Origin: Mustelus asterias
Taxonomy: Eukaryota
Assembly (NCBI RefSeq): GCF_964213995.1
Contig: NC_135808.1
Location: 50,902,001 to 50,966,000 of the forward strand
Reading direction: 5' to 3'
DNA length: 64,000 nt
Part shown: positions 60,714 through 64,000 of the stretch, one piece after another
Position numbering within the stretch: the first letter of the stretch is position 1
How the letters are laid out: every line of letters starts with the position of its first letter
Translations under genes and position numbers: made by a program
The notes under the pieces: model-generated
Seen by the model: the letters and a program-made list of their open reading frames with translations, nothing else
Database searches by the model: none
Told to the model about the DNA's origin: nothing

Positions 60714-63700
60714 TCAACCGGAGCAAGGCAGAGAGGAGCGATTTGTGATACAGTAAAAAGGGAATAATTTTATATTCATTACTTTATCACGGGGTTTTTT
60801 TTTTACCAGTTTAAGGGAAAAGCGGAAGAAGGCCGGGCGCGGGGTGACCTGGGAGAAAAAAAAATTGTTTAGCACGCGGGAGGTTTAAAAAGCAGGTCGC
60901 ACTACCCAGCGGGCAGCGTCGTTAGCGGGCAGCGGAGTGAGCAGGTAGCAGAGTGAGGGCTGAAGGGCTTTGGCTCAACGGGCTTAGGAGGAAACGGACG
61001 AGGCAGGGTAGGTTCATCTCGTAGTTTTACCAGTGGACTTGAAGAAAGGGGAATTATGAGTGAAAGTCCAGTTTGTTGTTCTCGGTGTCGGATGCGGGAG
61101 TTCCTGGAGTCAGCTAGCCTCCCGGACGTCCATATCTGCGCCGGTTGCATCGAACTGCAGATCCGAAGGGACCGCGTTACGGTACTGGAGCCGCGGCTCG
61201 ATGACCTTCGTCTGGTCAGGGAACATGGGGAGCTGATAGATAGGAGTTACAGGCAGGTGGTCACACCGGGGCCAAGGGAGGACGACACGTGGGTCACGGT
61301 TAGGAAGGGGAAAGGTCAGGTACTAGAGAGTACCCCGGTGGCTGTGCCCCTTAAAAATAAGTACTCCTGTTTAAGTACTGTTGGGGGGAGGAGCCTACCT
61401 GGGGGAAGTAACAGTGGGCGTGCCTCCGGCGCAGAGTCCGGCCCGGCAGCACAGAAGGGTAGGGAAAGGGAGGATGAGCAAACTGACCACAGCACCAGGG
61501 TACAGGGAGCCGTCCAAGTGGGGGGAGAAAAAATAAGAAATGTAGTAGAAATTGGGGATAGTACACTTTTGGATGCTGTTGGGAGGGGGACTTAGCAGGG
61601 ATAAGCCATGGTGTACAGGTCACTGGCTCAGAGTCTGTCCTTGTTGCTTAGAAGGGAAGGGGGGAGAGGAGTAGAGGATTAGTACATAGAACATAGAACA
61701 GTACAGCACAGAACAGGCCCTTCGGCCCACGATGTTGTGCCGAGCTTTATCTGAAACCAAGATCAAGCTATCCCACTCCCTATCATCCTGGTGTGCTCCA
61801 TGTGCCTATCCAATAACCGCTTAAATGTTCCTAAAGTGTCTGACTCCACTATCACTGCAGGCAGTCCATTCCACACCCCAACCACTCTCTGCGTAAAGAA
61901 CCTACCTCTGATATCCTTCCTATATCTCCCACCATGAACCCTATAGTTATGCCCCTTGTAATAGCTCCATCCACCCGAGGAAATTGTCTTTGAACGTTCA
62001 CTCTATCTATCCCCTTCATCATTTTATAAACCTCTATTAAGTCTCCCCTCAGCCTCTTCCGCTCCAGAGAGAACAGCCCTAGTTCCCTCAACCTTTCCTC
62101 ATAAGACCTACCCTCCAAACCAGGCAGCATCCTGGTAAATCTCCTCTGCACTCTTTCCAGCGCTTCCACATCCTTCTTGTAGTGAGGTGACCAGAACTGC
62201 ACACAATATTCCAAATGTGGTCTCACCAAGGTCCTGTACAGTTGCAGCATAACCCCACGGCTCTTAAACTCCAACCCCCTGTTAATAAAAGCTAACACAC
62301 TATATGCCTTCTTCACAGCTCTATCCACTTGAGTGGCAACCTTCAGAGATCTGTGGATATGGACCCCAAGATCTCTCTGTTCCTCCACAGTCTTCAGAAC
62401 CCTACCTTTGACCCTGTAATCCACATTTAAATTAGTCCTACCAAAATGAATCACCTCACATTTCTCAGGGTTAAACTCCATTTGCCATTTTTCAGCCCAG
62501 CTTTGCATCCTATCTATGTCTCTTTGCAGACTACAACAGCCCTCCACCTCATCCACTACTCCACCAATCTTGATGTCATCAGCAAATTTACTGATCCACC
62601 CTTCAGCCCCCTCCTCTAAGTCATTAATAAAAATCACAAAGAGCAGAGGACCAAGCACTGATCCCTGTGGCACTCCGCTAGCAACCTGCCTCCAGTCTGA
62701 AAATGTTCCATCCACCACCACCCTCTGTCTTCGATCAGATAGCCAGTTACCTATCCAATCGGCCAACTTTCCCTCTATCCCACACCTCCTTACTTTCATC
62801 ATAAGCCGACCATGGGGGACCTTATCAAACGCCTTACTAAAATCCATGTAAATGACATCAACTGCCCTACCTTCATCAACACACTTAGTTACCTCCTCAA
62901 AAAATTCTATCAAATTTGTGAGGCACGGCTTGTCCTTCACGAATCCGTGTTGACTATCCCGGATTAATCCGCATCTTTCTAAATGGTCGTAAATCCCATC
63001 CCTAAGGACTTTTTCCATCAATTTACCAACCACCGAAGTAAGACTAACCGGTCTATAATTACCAGGGTCATTTCTATTCCCTTTCTTAAACAGAGGAACA
63101 ACATTCGCCACTCTCCAGTCCTCTGGCACCATCCCCGTGGACAGTGAGGACCCAAAGATCAAAGCCAAAGGCTCTGCAATCTCATCCCTTGCCTCCCAAA
63201 GAATCCTAGGATATATTTCATCAGGCCCAGGGGACTTATCGACCTTCAGTTTATTCAAAACTGCCAGTACATCCTCCCTCCGAACATCTATTTCCTCCAG
63301 CCTATTAGCCTGTAACACCTTCTCTTCCTCAAAAACATGGCCCCTTTCCTTGGTGAACACTGAAGAAAAGTATTCATTCATCACCTCGCCTATCTCTACT
63401 GACTCCATACACAAGTTCCCACTACTGTCCTTGACCGGCCCTAACCTCACCCTGGTCATTCTTTTATTCCTCACATAAGAGTAAAAAGCCTTGGGGTTTT
63501 CCTTGATCCGACCCGCCAAGGACTTCTCATGTCCCCTCCTCGCTCTCCTAAGCCCCTTTTTCAGCTCATTCCTTGCTAACTTGTAACCCTCAATCGAGCC
63601 ATCATTGTTTCCTCATCCCTACATAAGCTTCCCTCTTCCTTTTCACAAGACATTCCACCTCTTTTGTGAACCATGGTTCCCTCACTCGGCCATTTCCTCC

Positions 63701-64000
63701 CTGCCTGACAGGGACATACCTATCAAGGACACCCAGTATTTGTTCCTTGAAAAAGTTCCACTTTTCATTAGTGCTTTTCCCTGACAATTTCTGTTCTCAT
63801 CTTATGCCCCCTAATTCTTGCCTAATCGCATCATAATTACCTCTCCCCCAATTGTAAACCTTGCCCTGCCGTACGGCCCTATCCCTCTCCATTGGGGACT
63901 CCATAGTTAAAGGGACGGATAGGAGATTCTGTGGGAACGAGAGAGACTCGCGGTTGGTGTGTTGCCTCCCAGGAGCCCGAGTCCATGATGTCTCGGATCG
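60714..64000 (+). mobile_element. CR1 5' UTR and ORF1, split by an antisense CR1
   Basis: ORF1 61056-61680 (CCSRC...C..C, leucine zipper) resumes near 63890 as IGDSIVKGTDRRFCGNERDSRLVCCLPGA. Confidence 0.85.
61685..63893 (-). mobile_element. CR1 LINE, 5'-truncated, young
   Basis: ORF 61852-63519 RT; (TTCTATG)n tail at ~61685. Confidence 0.95.

Overview
Vertebrate genomic DNA, almost certainly from a cartilaginous fish (shark). The only host gene is an apparently intact, germline-unjoined immunoglobulin kappa-type (type III / NS4-like) light-chain minicluster on the minus strand. It has a leader exon (20094-20142), a V exon (19609-19907) with a perfect 12-RSS, a J (18500-18534) with a 23-RSS, a ~14 kb J-C intron and a C exon (4008-4336). 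Most of the rest is retroelements: many CR1 LINEs, tRNA-derived V-SINEs, a Deu-domain SINE, L2 and Jockey-group fragments, a Penelope element with a hammerhead ribozyme, three related Gypsy LTR elements, an older Mag-like Gypsy, a solo LTR and a Harbinger relic. Most notable: (1) all three related Gypsy elements lack a tRNA primer-binding site. Instead they carry a 14-16 nt stretch that is complementary, with compensatory changes, to the AATAAA region of their own LTR, suggesting self-priming and/or poly(A)-signal occlusion. The two copies that retain this RT region have YLDN instead of YxDD. (2) A 4.4 kb TSD-bounded block ending in a CR1 tail contains two SINEs with strand-specific A-to-G hypermutation, apparently an ADAR-edited RNA written back into the germline. 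(3) A ~12-copy 61-bp minisatellite lies between the V and J RSSs. (4) There is a collinear, inverted, V/J-less paralogue of the Ig cluster. All counts were made by eye. Repeat family names come from motif recognition, not database searches.
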